From: an uncultured Nitrospirales bacterium
GTDB lineage: Bacteria; Nitrospirota; Nitrospiria; Nitrospirales; NS-4
DNA length: 36,653 nt
NCBI GenBank assembly: GCA_964568195.1
Contig: CAZMPH010000005.1
Coordinates: forward strand, 1-36,653
Reading direction: 5' to 3'
Shown here: positions 8,672-16,809 of the stretch, piece after piece
Layout of the letters: each line of letters starts with the position of its first letter
Position numbering within the stretch: position 1 is the first letter of the stretch
Translations under genes and position numbers: made by a program
The notes under the pieces: model-generated
Databases searched by the model: none
The model's input: only the letters and a program-made list of their open reading frames with translations
Told to the model about the DNA's origin: nothing

Positions 8672-9777
8672 GACCGCTTCTCCCGGCAATAGTCGGCGAC
8701 GATTCCGAGGATCGCTTCCGCGGCATGGCCGTCGCCGTAAGGCTGTCCCCGTTCGTGGGGAACCTCTTCGAGCGCCAAGCGAGCCGCCGCCTCAACGGCG
8801 TCGTGGGCCGTCCCGGCCACTCGGTTCCACCCCGCCTCCACCGTTTCCACCCACTCGGTCTCGTTCCGCAGGGTGACGCAGGGAACCCCCAGCAGGAACG
8901 CTTCCTTCTGGACTCCTCCAGAGTCGGTCAAGATCAGCCGGGCGTGCCGCTCGAGCATCAGCATCTCATGGTAGGAGACAGGCGCAATCAGGCGGACCGG
9001 CCCGGAGACGTGACCAGCCCCTGTCGCGTCCAGCACCGCCCGCGTGCGCGGATGCAGCGGCACCACGATGGGCAGGCCGAGTCGCCCGAGGGCCGACAGG
9101 ATGCCCGTGACGGTCTCGGGGCGATCGGTCGACTCGGCGCGATGAATCGTGGCCAAGGCATACTCGCCTGATTGCAGCCCCAACTTGGCCAGGATGCCGG
9201 TCCTCTCCTCGGCCTTACGGAGATTGAACACCAGCGAGTCATACATGACATCGCCGACGAGATGGACCCCGGCAGTAATCCCTTCGCAACTCAGGTTCTT
9301 CACAGCGCGCGTGGTCGGACACAGCAACAGCATCGAGAGATGATCGGCGACCACGCGGTTGATCTCTTCAGGCATGGCCCGGTTGAAGCTCCGGAGCCCG
9401 GCTTCGACATGCGCGACCGGCAAACCGAGCTTGCTCGCCGCCAACGCCCCCGCCAGCGTCGAGTTCGTGTCGCCGTACACCATCACAAGGGCCGGCCGCT
9501 CGTCCTGCATCACACGTTCCAGTCCCTCCAGCATCCGACCGGTCTGCTGCCCGTGCAGACCGGACCCGACGCCCAGATGATGTGACGGCTCCGGAATAGC
9601 CAATTCCCGGAAAAAGACGGCGGACATGTTGTCGTCATAATGCTGGCCCGTGTGAACCAGGACGTCTTCGATCCGACGGCCACCGGAGACCCGTTCATTG
9701 TACGCCGCGATCGCGCGCGAGACGACGGCGGCCTTGATGAACTGCGGGCGAGCGCCCACGACCGTGAGGAGCTTCAT
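8668..9777 (-). CDS. wecB: UDP-N-acetylglucosamine 2-epimerase, non-hydrolysing (WecB/WbpI family)
   Basis: MKLLTVVGARPQFIKAAVV, HTGQHYD, VYGDTNSTLAGALAA, HVEAGLRSFNRAMPEEINR and LTDSGGVQKEA. The internal ATG at 9777 forms an ATGA overlap with the upstream stop. The track's 42-aa 5' extension overlaps the acetyltransferase gene. Confidence 0.9.
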   Translation of the reverse strand: MKLLTVVGARPQFIKAAVVSRAIAAYNERVSGGRRIEDVLVHTGQHYDDNMSAVFFRELAIPEPSHHLGVGSGLHGQQTGRMLEGLERVMQDERPALVMVYGDTNSTLAGALAASKLGLPVAHVEAGLRSFNRAMPEEINRVVADHLSMLLLCPTTRAVKNLSCEGITAGVHLVGDVMYDSLVFNLRKAEERTGILAKLGLQSGEYALATIHRAESTDRPETVTGILSALGRLGLPIVVPLHPRTRAVLDATGAGHVSGPVRLIAPVSYHEMLMLERHARLILTDSGGVQKEAFLLGVPCVTLRNETEWVETVEAGWNRVAGTAHDAVEAAARLALEEVPHERGQPYGDGHAAEAILGIVADYCREKRS

Positions 9778-10373
9778 GCGCGTTCCTCCTCGACCAGCCC
9801 GGCGCGAGAGCGCCGGTATCCGGCCCCACAGACCTGGCAGGACACGCGCGTTCGCCCGCTCTTGACCGGGAGTTTCAATTTGATGCCGCACCGGCACATC
9901 CACCCCTGCTGCCGGCCGGGGTTACCGGTGACCAGCGCAAAATCCGGAACATCCCGGGTCACGACGGCGCCCGCCCCGACAAAAGCGAAGCGCCCGATGG
10001 TGAGCCCGCAGAGAATCGTGGCGTTGGCTCCAAGGGTGGCACCCTGCCGGACCAGCGTCGGACGATATTCGTGCTTGCGCGAGATGCGGCTGCGGGGATT
10101 GATCACATTCGTGAAGACGACCGACGGCCCGCAAAACACGGAGTCCTCCAGCGTCACGCCGTCGTACACCGAGACGTTGTTCTGGATCTTGACGCCGGCG
10201 CCCACCACGGCGCCAGGAGCGATATAGACGTTCTGGCCGATGGAGCAGCGCGGCCCCACCGTCGCGCCCTTCGCAATATGCGAGAAATGCCAGAGCTTCG
10301 TCCCCTCACCGATCGCGCCGGGGTCATCAACACAGACCGTCTCGTGCGCCCAAAAGCCTCGGTCGCCGTCCAT
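9774..10373 (-). CDS. Left-handed beta-helix (hexapeptide repeat) sugar N-acetyltransferase, WbpD/WlbB-like, with a C-terminal CxC...CxxC tail
   Basis: Hexapeptide repeats in IGEGTKLWHFSHIAKGATVGPRCSIGQNVYIAPGAVVGAGVKIQNNVSVYDGVTLEDSVFCGPSVVFTNV and ATLGANATILCGLTIGRFAFVGAGAVVTRDVP. Tail reads GWMCRCGIKLKLPVKSGRTRVSCQVCGAGY. The internal ATG at 10373 (MDGDRGFWAHETV) lies 2 nt after the upstream stop at 10376. Confidence 0.8.
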   Translation of the reverse strand: MDGDRGFWAHETVCVDDPGAIGEGTKLWHFSHIAKGATVGPRCSIGQNVYIAPGAVVGAGVKIQNNVSVYDGVTLEDSVFCGPSVVFTNVINPRSRISRKHEYRPTLVRQGATLGANATILCGLTIGRFAFVGAGAVVTRDVPDFALVTGNPGRQQGWMCRCGIKLKLPVKSGRTRVSCQVCGAGYRRSRAGLVEEERA

Positions 10374-10375
10374 GG

Positions 10376-11407
10376 TCAGCCTTTCACCGTCACCGGCACG
10401 CCGTCCAAGTCCAACGACTGCTGGGCGGCCGTCAGGACCCGGATCACCTGGAGGCCGTGGGCTCCGTCGCTGAGCGGGACGGACTTCCCGCGGATGCAGT
10501 CCAGAAAATGCCGGCACTCAGCCCGGAGCGGCTCGCCCGTGCCGGTGTGCGGGATCAGGATATCCCCGAATCGCACGCGCAGGTAGTCGTCGGAGGAGAC
10601 GGCCTCCGGACGGACGTCCACGCCCTTGTCGTAAATTCTGATCTTGTCCGTTGGTTCCATGTCGTCGAACACAACCATCTTCCGGCTCCCCACCACGGTC
10701 GTCCGCCGGACCTTATGGGGATCGAGCCAACTCAAGTGGATGTGGGCCATTTTCTTTCCCGGAAAATGGAGGGTCACGAAAACCACGTCCACGACACCCT
10801 TCTGAAGATACGCCGCGCCCTTGGCCGTGACCACCGCCGGCTCCGCGGCGAACAGATGGATCGCCACGGCGACGTCGTGCGGCCCGAAGCTCCACAAGGC
10901 ATTCTCGTCCTTGCGAACGCGCCCGAGATTCAGCCGCTGGCTATAGAGGTAGAAGAGCTCGCCGATGTCCCCCGACGAGATCAAGTGCTTCATCTTGATG
11001 ACCGCCGGGTGGTACAGCAGCAGGTGACCCACCATGAGGCGTCGCCCGGTCCGCTGCGCCACTCGGACCAACTCCTCGGACTCGGCCGCCCGCAGCGTCA
11101 TGGGCTTCTCCACCAGCACGTGCTTGCCCGCTTCCAGCGCCTGACGCGCCTGCTCGAAACGTTCCGACGCGAACGACGCGATGGACACGGCCTCCACGGA
11201 GGCGTCCCTCAGGATTTCCTCATAGCGCGTCGTCGTCGTCACGCCAGGGTATTGTGCCCGGACGGCCTCCAACCGCGCGTCATCGAGATCGCAGACCGCA
11301 ACCAGCCGCGCGCCCTTCATCTGGGCGAAGGTCCGCACGTGGTTCCTGCCCCATTCCCCCGCGCCCACCACCGCCACCCGGACGGCTTCCGGTTCTTGCG
11401 TCGTCAT
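10376..11407 (-). CDS. Gfo/Idh/MocA family NAD(P)-dependent sugar oxidoreductase (WbpB-like)
   Basis: N-terminal Rossmann motif VAVVGAGEWGRNHVRTFAQMKGARLVAVCD, then HVLVEKPM and a C-terminal alpha/beta dimerisation domain. Its position directly upstream of the acetyltransferase and epimerase fits a nucleotide-sugar modification set. Confidence 0.8.
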   Translation of the reverse strand: MTTQEPEAVRVAVVGAGEWGRNHVRTFAQMKGARLVAVCDLDDARLEAVRAQYPGVTTTTRYEEILRDASVEAVSIASFASERFEQARQALEAGKHVLVEKPMTLRAAESEELVRVAQRTGRRLMVGHLLLYHPAVIKMKHLISSGDIGELFYLYSQRLNLGRVRKDENALWSFGPHDVAVAIHLFAAEPAVVTAKGAAYLQKGVVDVVFVTLHFPGKKMAHIHLSWLDPHKVRRTTVVGSRKMVVFDDMEPTDKIRIYDKGVDVRPEAVSSDDYLRVRFGDILIPHTGTGEPLRAECRHFLDCIRGKSVPLSDGAHGLQVIRVLTAAQQSLDLDGVPVTVKG

Positions 11408-11417
11408 GTCCGCCCCC

Positions 11418-12185
11418 TCATTTGAAGTCCCGTCGTTGGAAGATCACGCAGGCCAGGGTCAGAATCACCGCGCTATAGGTTACTCCATAGGCCACCGCGG
11501 ACACGAGATACAGGGGTTCGATCGGCAGCCCATACACCGCCGGGCCCTTGACGTTGAAAAACTCGAGGTTGGGCAACGTATAGTAAAGCCCGTCCAGGAG
11601 GAGCTTGATCAACTCGCTCTGCAACTTGGCGGCCAGCACGTGAAGGTCATCGGCCAGATGTCCGATGGCGTAGATCGCCAACGTGAACGTCGCGCTCAAG
11701 GTCGGCGTGGTGAACGTGGAAAACATCACCGCCACGGCGGTGATCACCAGGAGTTCCACGAAGATCAGACCGATGGCCTTCAGCAAGGCCGGTTCCAGCC
11801 CTACCTGGCCGATGAACAGCGTGAGGAAGAATCCCGCCACCATGATGGAGACGTTCACGAGAAGGGTCAGCGTGAGGCCGGCGTACTTGCCCAGAAGAAA
11901 TTGGTAGCGGGGAATCGGCTTCGCGATGATCGAATAGATGGTGCGTTTTTCGATTTCCTTGCTGACCAGGCCGATCCCGACAAAAATCGCAATGAGGACG
12001 CCGAACAAATTGATGCTCGCCAGGCCGAGGTCCTGAATGATCTTGGCCCGTTCGCCCATGGTGAGCGTGCCCAGCAAAATCGAACTCACGATCAAGAGCA
12101 GTCCGAAGAACACCAGGTTGTAGAGAATCTTGTCCCTCAACGTTTCGCGGAACGTGTTCAGCGCGATCACGCCGATCCGGTTCAT
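11418..12185 (-). CDS. ABC-2 family transporter permease (NosY/COG1277-like), substrate unknown
   Basis: Six hydrophobic spans, with TFRETLRDKILYNLVFFGLLLI and KEIEKRTIYSIIAKPIPRYQFLLGKY motifs. ATGA overlap with the ATPase stop (12182..12185). Confidence 0.75.
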   Translation of the reverse strand: MNRIGVIALNTFRETLRDKILYNLVFFGLLLIVSSILLGTLTMGERAKIIQDLGLASINLFGVLIAIFVGIGLVSKEIEKRTIYSIIAKPIPRYQFLLGKYAGLTLTLLVNVSIMVAGFFLTLFIGQVGLEPALLKAIGLIFVELLVITAVAVMFSTFTTPTLSATFTLAIYAIGHLADDLHVLAAKLQSELIKLLLDGLYYTLPNLEFFNVKGPAVYGLPIEPLYLVSAVAYGVTYSAVILTLACVIFQRRDFK

Positions 12186-13114
12186 GCCCGTCCGCCCCCG
12201 ACTTCTTTCAGGAAGAGATCTTCCAGGGAACGCTTGTGCGGGACGAGCGAGACCAGCCGCCCCCCGTGCCGGCGGACCACCTCCAGGAGAGAATTCACTT
12301 TGGCCTCGCCGTCCAGCTTGATCAGCACCTGCGCGCCCCGTCTCACCACCGCTCCGCCCAGTCGCTCCGCCTCCTGGACGCCGGCCTCCGCAAGTCCCTC
12401 CGCGATGACCTCGACCGACGTCACGGCGGACGCGTCCACCAACTCCTGGACTTTCCCCACGGCCTGGAGACGCCCTTTGACCAGAATACCCACGCGATCG
12501 CAGATCATCTCCACGTCGGGCAGGATGTGCGTGCTGAAGAAAATCGTTTTCCCTGTGTCTCGGAGATGAAGAATGATGTCCCGAACATCGCGTCGCCCGA
12601 TGGGGTCCAGTCCCGACATCGGCTCGTCCAGGATGACCAGTTGCGGATCGTTGATCAGGGCCTGGGCCAGGCCGATCCGCTGCAGCATCCCCTTGGAGTA
12701 TTTCCGCAAAGGCAGGCCGCGGGCTTCGGTAAGCTTGACCATCTCCAGCATCTGTGCGATTTTCTCAGCCAGTTGGCGTCCCCCAAGGCCGAAGAGCTGG
12801 CCGTAGAACCGGAGAAACTCCTCGCCGGTCAGGTACTCGTAGAAGTACGGCGCCTCGGGAAGAAAACCGATCCGGTTTTTGACCTCCACATCGCCGATCT
12901 CCCGGTCCAGCAGCCACGCTGTGCCGCTCGTCGGATAAATCAGCCCCAGCAGGATCTTGATGGTCGTCGTCTTACCCGCCCCGTTCGGACCGAGAAACCC
13001 GAAGATCTCGCCTTGCTCCACATCCAGGTCCAGCCCATCCACGGCCTTGCTGCGCTGCCGCCGGAGTCCCAGACGAAATTCCTTGGTGAGCCCGCTGATC
13101 CGAATGGGCGTCAT
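12182..13114 (-). CDS. ABC transporter ATP-binding protein (COG1131-like)
   Basis: Walker A in GFLGPNGAGKTTTIKILLGL, signature in YSKGMLQRIGLAQAL, Walker B in LVILDEPMSGLD, and H-loop in IFFSTHIL. ATGA overlap at 13111..13114. Confidence 0.9.
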   Translation of the reverse strand: MTPIRISGLTKEFRLGLRRQRSKAVDGLDLDVEQGEIFGFLGPNGAGKTTTIKILLGLIYPTSGTAWLLDREIGDVEVKNRIGFLPEAPYFYEYLTGEEFLRFYGQLFGLGGRQLAEKIAQMLEMVKLTEARGLPLRKYSKGMLQRIGLAQALINDPQLVILDEPMSGLDPIGRRDVRDIILHLRDTGKTIFFSTHILPDVEMICDRVGILVKGRLQAVGKVQELVDASAVTSVEVIAEGLAEAGVQEAERLGGAVVRRGAQVLIKLDGEAKVNSLLEVVRRHGGRLVSLVPHKRSLEDLFLKEVGGGRA

Positions 13115-13989
13115 TGCGGCCTCCGCTTGCCGTACACTTTCAAACGATCCTTCATCTCGCTACTCCGCACGGACTGGGTCTGCGGATCATACAGGTACTG
13201 CCCACCGAACGGCTCGCGTGGCAATTCCCGCAGGAGACCGGCCTCCATCAGATCCTCCAACCGATCGGGCGCTCGCTTGTAACGCTCTCGGTACCGGCTG
13301 ACGGCCTCCTCGAGCAACTGGAGATCCCGTTCGACCACCACTTCCTTCAGACGCTGCTCCAAGACGCGTTTCACGTTCTCATCCGCGGTCTGGGCATACA
13401 TCTGGGCGAGAAAATCTATGGCGACTTGCGGTTCTCTGGCCGAGACATAGAGCCTGGTGGCAAATGGCGCGAGGTACTGGGGCGCCCCCGGAAGGCGGGA
13501 TGCCCTGGCGATATAGTCAGCCGCCTTGGCGTCATCGCGCAACTCGAAGTAGTAGTTGAACCCCAGCAAGAAGGGAAGCGCCCAGTAGTCGGGATTGTGC
13601 TGGATCCCTTTCTCCAATACCCGGTTGCTCTCCTCAACCAGAACCACCAGTGTCACCAGGGCAACGCCTCCGACCTCATAGACGCGCGTAAACTTGGGAT
13701 CCAATGTAGTGATGACATCCAACGCTCGGTAGATCCACTGACCGGCCTCTTCCATCACCTTGCGCTCGCCCATCGCCTGGATGGCCTGGATCCACAGGAA
13801 GTCCGCCACGACCTGCTCGTACCCCAACACCGCCACCCGGAGGTACTCGCCTTGCGGTAGGTACATGAACCGCTGCAGCTTGGGCGTGGCGGCCCGCTGC
13901 TGATCAAGCCGGGTCTGAATGAAGTACAGTCCCAGGATGAGGACCAACCCGGTCATCACCAGGACCTTCAGCCGCGCGGTCTCGCTCAT
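13111..13989 (-). CDS. Membrane-anchored helical (TPR-like) protein of unknown function
   Basis: A single N-terminal hydrophobic span (LKVLVMTGLVLILGLYFI) is followed by an alpha-helical repeat-like body. The internal ATG at 13989 (MSETARLKV) forms an ATGA overlap with the stop of the upstream Wzy_C-TPR gene. The C-terminal segment RAPDRLEDLMEAGLLRELPREPFGGQYLYDPQT resembles the YP..L..L...P.DPWG..Y.Y motif of T2SS major pseudopilins by eye only. Confidence 0.6.
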   Translation of the reverse strand: MSETARLKVLVMTGLVLILGLYFIQTRLDQQRAATPKLQRFMYLPQGEYLRVAVLGYEQVVADFLWIQAIQAMGERKVMEEAGQWIYRALDVITTLDPKFTRVYEVGGVALVTLVVLVEESNRVLEKGIQHNPDYWALPFLLGFNYYFELRDDAKAADYIARASRLPGAPQYLAPFATRLYVSAREPQVAIDFLAQMYAQTADENVKRVLEQRLKEVVVERDLQLLEEAVSRYRERYKRAPDRLEDLMEAGLLRELPREPFGGQYLYDPQTQSVRSSEMKDRLKVYGKRRPQ

Positions 13990-15953
13990 GGGACGGGCAC
14001 CATGGCCAGCGACTTCCGGAGGTGATCCGGATTCACTTCCAGATACTGGCGGTCCACGTTTGTCAAGTTCCACCCTCGGTAGCGTTCTTGAATCCTGAGA
14101 ATCTCCGCATACTCCCGCGCCGCGACTTCCTTCCGACCGAGTTCCAACGAGAGCTCGGCCAGCTGGGCACGGGCCGGCAGGAAATTCGGCTCGTAGCTCG
14201 TCGCGCGGCTGAACAAGGCTTGCGCCTCACCCAAGCGACCCTCGGCGCGGCGAAGCTTTCCCAGTTCAAGGTAGTTGAACGGCGAATAGGGATCCAACCG
14301 GATCGCTTGCTCATAGAAGGCCGCGGCCTTTTGCAGGAGCGCCTTGCGGTGCTCGCCGGAACCGGCGCGCTCGGCAAGCACAACATGGAGCGTGCCCAAG
14401 CGATGGGCAAACCGCCCATCCAGGGGATTCAGGTCCAACCCGATCATCAGCTCGTCCACCGCCTTGAGCACCCATTGCACCTCGCCGGATTGATGATACA
14501 ACCGAACCTCCGCCAGCGCCACCGCGTCACGGTAAGCGGCAAGGCCCGGCTCGATGACCGTGGCGCGGTGAAACCACTCCAAGGCAGCGCCCTCCCGGCC
14601 GAGCGTCGCTTCGTTTCCGCCCCTCTCAAAGGCATACCAGGCCGCCGGCGGCTGTATGATGAGCAGCGTCAGCGCAAGGGTCAAAACGCCGACCAGCGCC
14701 ACGCGCGCCGGAGCATAGGGAAACGGCAACACCCAAACAGGGGCATATTCCGGTTCCCTGAGCCGTTTCAACACCAGGATCAAGCCGGCAAATAGAAGCA
14801 TAAGCAAAACCAGTGCCGGTTCATGAAATACGGAGTCCACAGCCGCATGGACAAAAAAACCGAGAATCCCGCCCGACAAACCGACAACGAGCCCTCTTTC
14901 CCACGGCTCCAGGTTGCCTTTCAAGACCCCTCGGACTTCCCTGGCGAACAGCGTCGCCGCAGCCAGAAAAAGCCCCAGCCCCACGATTCCCAGTTCCGTC
15001 GCCATTTGAAGGTATTCGTTATGGGCGGATTCCGCCCGTTTCCCGTAGCGACTGATGGCGCCTTCGACGGGAAAGCGGTACTGGAATGACGTGTACTTGT
15101 AGAGACCCAGCCCTACTCCCCACGGATGATCGGCGATCCGCTGCAAGGAATTCTTCCAGATGTCCAGTCTGGTAAACGCATAGGGGTCCTTCGCTTCTAT
15201 CGTCAGGACACGCTGTTGCAAAGGCGTCGGAACCAGGGCCCCTGCCAGCAGGCACAACGCCAGGACACCCAGAAAAATCCTTCTGAACCGAGACAGGCCG
15301 ATAAAGGTCACAGCCGCCACGAACGCCAGCAACGCTCCCCTCGATTGGCCGAGGAGAAAGGCCAACCCGACGGCTCCCGCCGTGAACCAGAGAAAAAAGG
15401 ATTCCCGCTTGGAGTGATCGTTCTGCCGACGGTAACACAACAGGCCAAACACAACCGCGAACACAGCCACTTCATAGGCCGCAAAGAAATTGGCGTTGAA
15501 GAAGGTCCCGGTGGGTCTTTCCGGCACGGTCAAGACGTATTGATACACGCCGACCGCGGCTTCGAGCAATCCCACGATCAGGACAACCGCCACCAGCCTC
15601 CGTATCTGCTCGGCCGACTCTACAAGGTGCAGGACCACGAACAGCATGACCGCATACGTCAGGATGCTCAGCAACCCTTGCAGGCTCACGGCGGCGTAGG
15701 GAGAACGAAGCACGGAAAGAACGGCCCACCCCACAAACGCTCCGATCGCTAAGAAGAGGGGGCTGCGCCGCAGGGACAGCCCTCCTGACTTCATCGAGAA
15801 GAATACCCATGCCGTCACGGCGGCGAGAAGGATGAGGCGGATAACAAGGACCGGGAAGTAGGTGGTTCCGCCGTCAATCAGTGGCGCGAAGAGAGTGAGG
15901 CCACCCAAGACGACGAGTGGGCTATGGGCAAGAAAGGTTTTTCGGGCTGGCAT
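13986..15953 (-). CDS. O-antigen ligase / Wzy_C family polytopic membrane protein fused to a C-terminal TPR domain, 655 aa
   Basis: About 10-12 hydrophobic spans, with the Wzy_C-type loop GKRAESAHNEYLQMATELGIVGLGLF (conserved His). From about residue 430 onward there are TPR repeats (ALEWFHRATVIEPGLAAYRDAVALAEV..., AAFYEQAIRLDPYSPFNYLELGKLRRAEGRLGEAQALFSRATSYEPNFLPARAQLAELSLELGRKEVAAREY). Confidence 0.8.
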   Translation of the reverse strand: MPARKTFLAHSPLVVLGGLTLFAPLIDGGTTYFPVLVIRLILLAAVTAWVFFSMKSGGLSLRRSPLFLAIGAFVGWAVLSVLRSPYAAVSLQGLLSILTYAVMLFVVLHLVESAEQIRRLVAVVLIVGLLEAAVGVYQYVLTVPERPTGTFFNANFFAAYEVAVFAVVFGLLCYRRQNDHSKRESFFLWFTAGAVGLAFLLGQSRGALLAFVAAVTFIGLSRFRRIFLGVLALCLLAGALVPTPLQQRVLTIEAKDPYAFTRLDIWKNSLQRIADHPWGVGLGLYKYTSFQYRFPVEGAISRYGKRAESAHNEYLQMATELGIVGLGLFLAAATLFAREVRGVLKGNLEPWERGLVVGLSGGILGFFVHAAVDSVFHEPALVLLMLLFAGLILVLKRLREPEYAPVWVLPFPYAPARVALVGVLTLALTLLIIQPPAAWYAFERGGNEATLGREGAALEWFHRATVIEPGLAAYRDAVALAEVRLYHQSGEVQWVLKAVDELMIGLDLNPLDGRFAHRLGTLHVVLAERAGSGEHRKALLQKAAAFYEQAIRLDPYSPFNYLELGKLRRAEGRLGEAQALFSRATSYEPNFLPARAQLAELSLELGRKEVAAREYAEILRIQERYRGWNLTNVDRQYLEVNPDHLRKSLAMVPVP

Positions 15954-16002
15954 GGGGGCACGTCACGACTGCCATCAGCCCCTTGTGGTTTGCACAAAGC
16001 AG

Positions 16003-16031
16003 GGGCGAGGGGTCGTCACGACCCCTCGCCC
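16003..16031 (-). terminator. GC-rich hairpin, probable intrinsic terminator of pilin gene 1
   Basis: A perfect 13-bp inverted repeat, GGGCGAGGGGTCG-tca-CGACCCCTCGCCC, lies 22 nt downstream of the pilin stop (16054). On the minus strand it is followed by CTGCTTTGTGC, which is only a short U-run. Confidence 0.6.
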
Positions 16032-16053
16032 GCCCTGACCCAACCAGCTAGGA

Positions 16054-16551
16054 TTATTTTGCGACGTCGTTATTGGTGTTGGTCAGGTTTCTGACATCGT
16101 TGATGACAAACTCATCGCACGTGGCATCGCCGTCAATATTCGCCTGCGCGCCGGCCGTAAATCCGACTCCATTCGCCACGGAACCAGCCGGTACAACCCC
16201 GCCTGCAAAGGTGCCTCTATTAGTGAGGCATGCGCTTCCACCGGCGGACGGGGTAATCAAGAAACCCACGGCGTTCTGTCCGCCGTAGTAGAGGTCATAC
16301 CTGGAAGTTCCGGCGGGCTTGTAGCCGAGCGTGTCGGCGGTCGGCACGCTGAAGGTGTTGTTCTCGGCAAAATACGAGGTGGCGGTCGTGAAGATACCGC
16401 CGAGGTTCACCTTGGCTTCCGATTGCCGCGCTTTTGCTTGATAGGTTAGAAAGTTCGGGATGGCGATGGCCGCCAGAATCCCGATGATCGCCACCACGAT
16501 CATCAACTCGATCAAGGTGAAGCCCTGATCCCCTTTCATCCGTTTAAACAT
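16054..16551 (-). CDS. pilA: Type IV pilin (prepilin with an N-terminal cleavage/methylation motif), 165 aa
   Basis: MFKRMKGDQG|FTLIELMIVVAIIGILAAIAIPNF is a canonical class III signal (G-F, Glu+5). There are two Cys residues near the C-terminus (SACL...ATCDEF). A strong SD (AAGGAGG) lies 8 nt upstream of ATG 16551; the track start at 16554 is a GTG one codon upstream. Confidence 0.9.
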   Translation of the reverse strand: MFKRMKGDQGFTLIELMIVVAIIGILAAIAIPNFLTYQAKARQSEAKVNLGGIFTTATSYFAENNTFSVPTADTLGYKPAGTSRYDLYYGGQNAVGFLITPSAGGSACLTNRGTFAGGVVPAGSVANGVGFTAGAQANIDGDATCDEFVINDVRNLTNTNNDVAK

Positions 16552-16677
16552 CACTCAGTCCTCCTTGTCCCTAAAAGGTTTGCCCCTCGCGACCGTCCCC
16601 GCAACCGGCGGCGATCGCACCCCAATATCATCCTTAACTGTCCCCGCATCGGCAGGCACCGCTTAGATTTAAAGTAA

Positions 16678-16693
16678 AGCAATACCAATGCCA
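16678..16693 (-). promoter_or_regulatory. Sigma-54 (-24/-12) promoter of pilin gene 1
   Basis: The minus strand reads TGGCATTGGTATTGCT, against the consensus TGGCAC-N5-TTGCW, with correct GG-N10-GC spacing. It lies about 125 nt upstream of the ATG. Type IVa pilin genes are classically RpoN/PilR dependent. Confidence 0.55.
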
Positions 16694-16773
16694 TCCCCAT
16701 TCGCCTCGAACAGGCATAAATCAAAGCAGTTAGCACAACCTTTCAACCTACAACCGGATCTCCCGGTCAATTT

Positions 16774-16800
16774 TTGTCTCGCATTAACCGCCAAATTGTC
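16774..16800 (-). promoter_or_regulatory. Paired TTGTC-N17-TTGTC element, candidate enhancer-binding-protein (PilR-like) upstream activating sequence (UAS) for pilin gene 1
   Basis: The plus strand reads TTGTCtcgcattaaccgccaaaTTGTC, with 22 nt start-to-start (two helical turns), 81 and 103 nt upstream of the -24 element. The same arrangement occurs upstream of pilin gene 2. It contains the TGTC core reported for Pseudomonas PilR sites. Confidence 0.4.
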
Positions 16801-16809
16801 ACCACGCAT

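Noticed and set aside
15958-15974. A TGGCAG...GC sigma-54-like sequence (minus strand TGGCAGTCGTGACGTGC) upstream of the Wzy_C-TPR gene.
   Set aside because: The GG-to-GC spacing is off by two positions relative to the -24/-12 consensus. The element also ends only 5 nt from the ATG, leaving no room for a leader or RBS.
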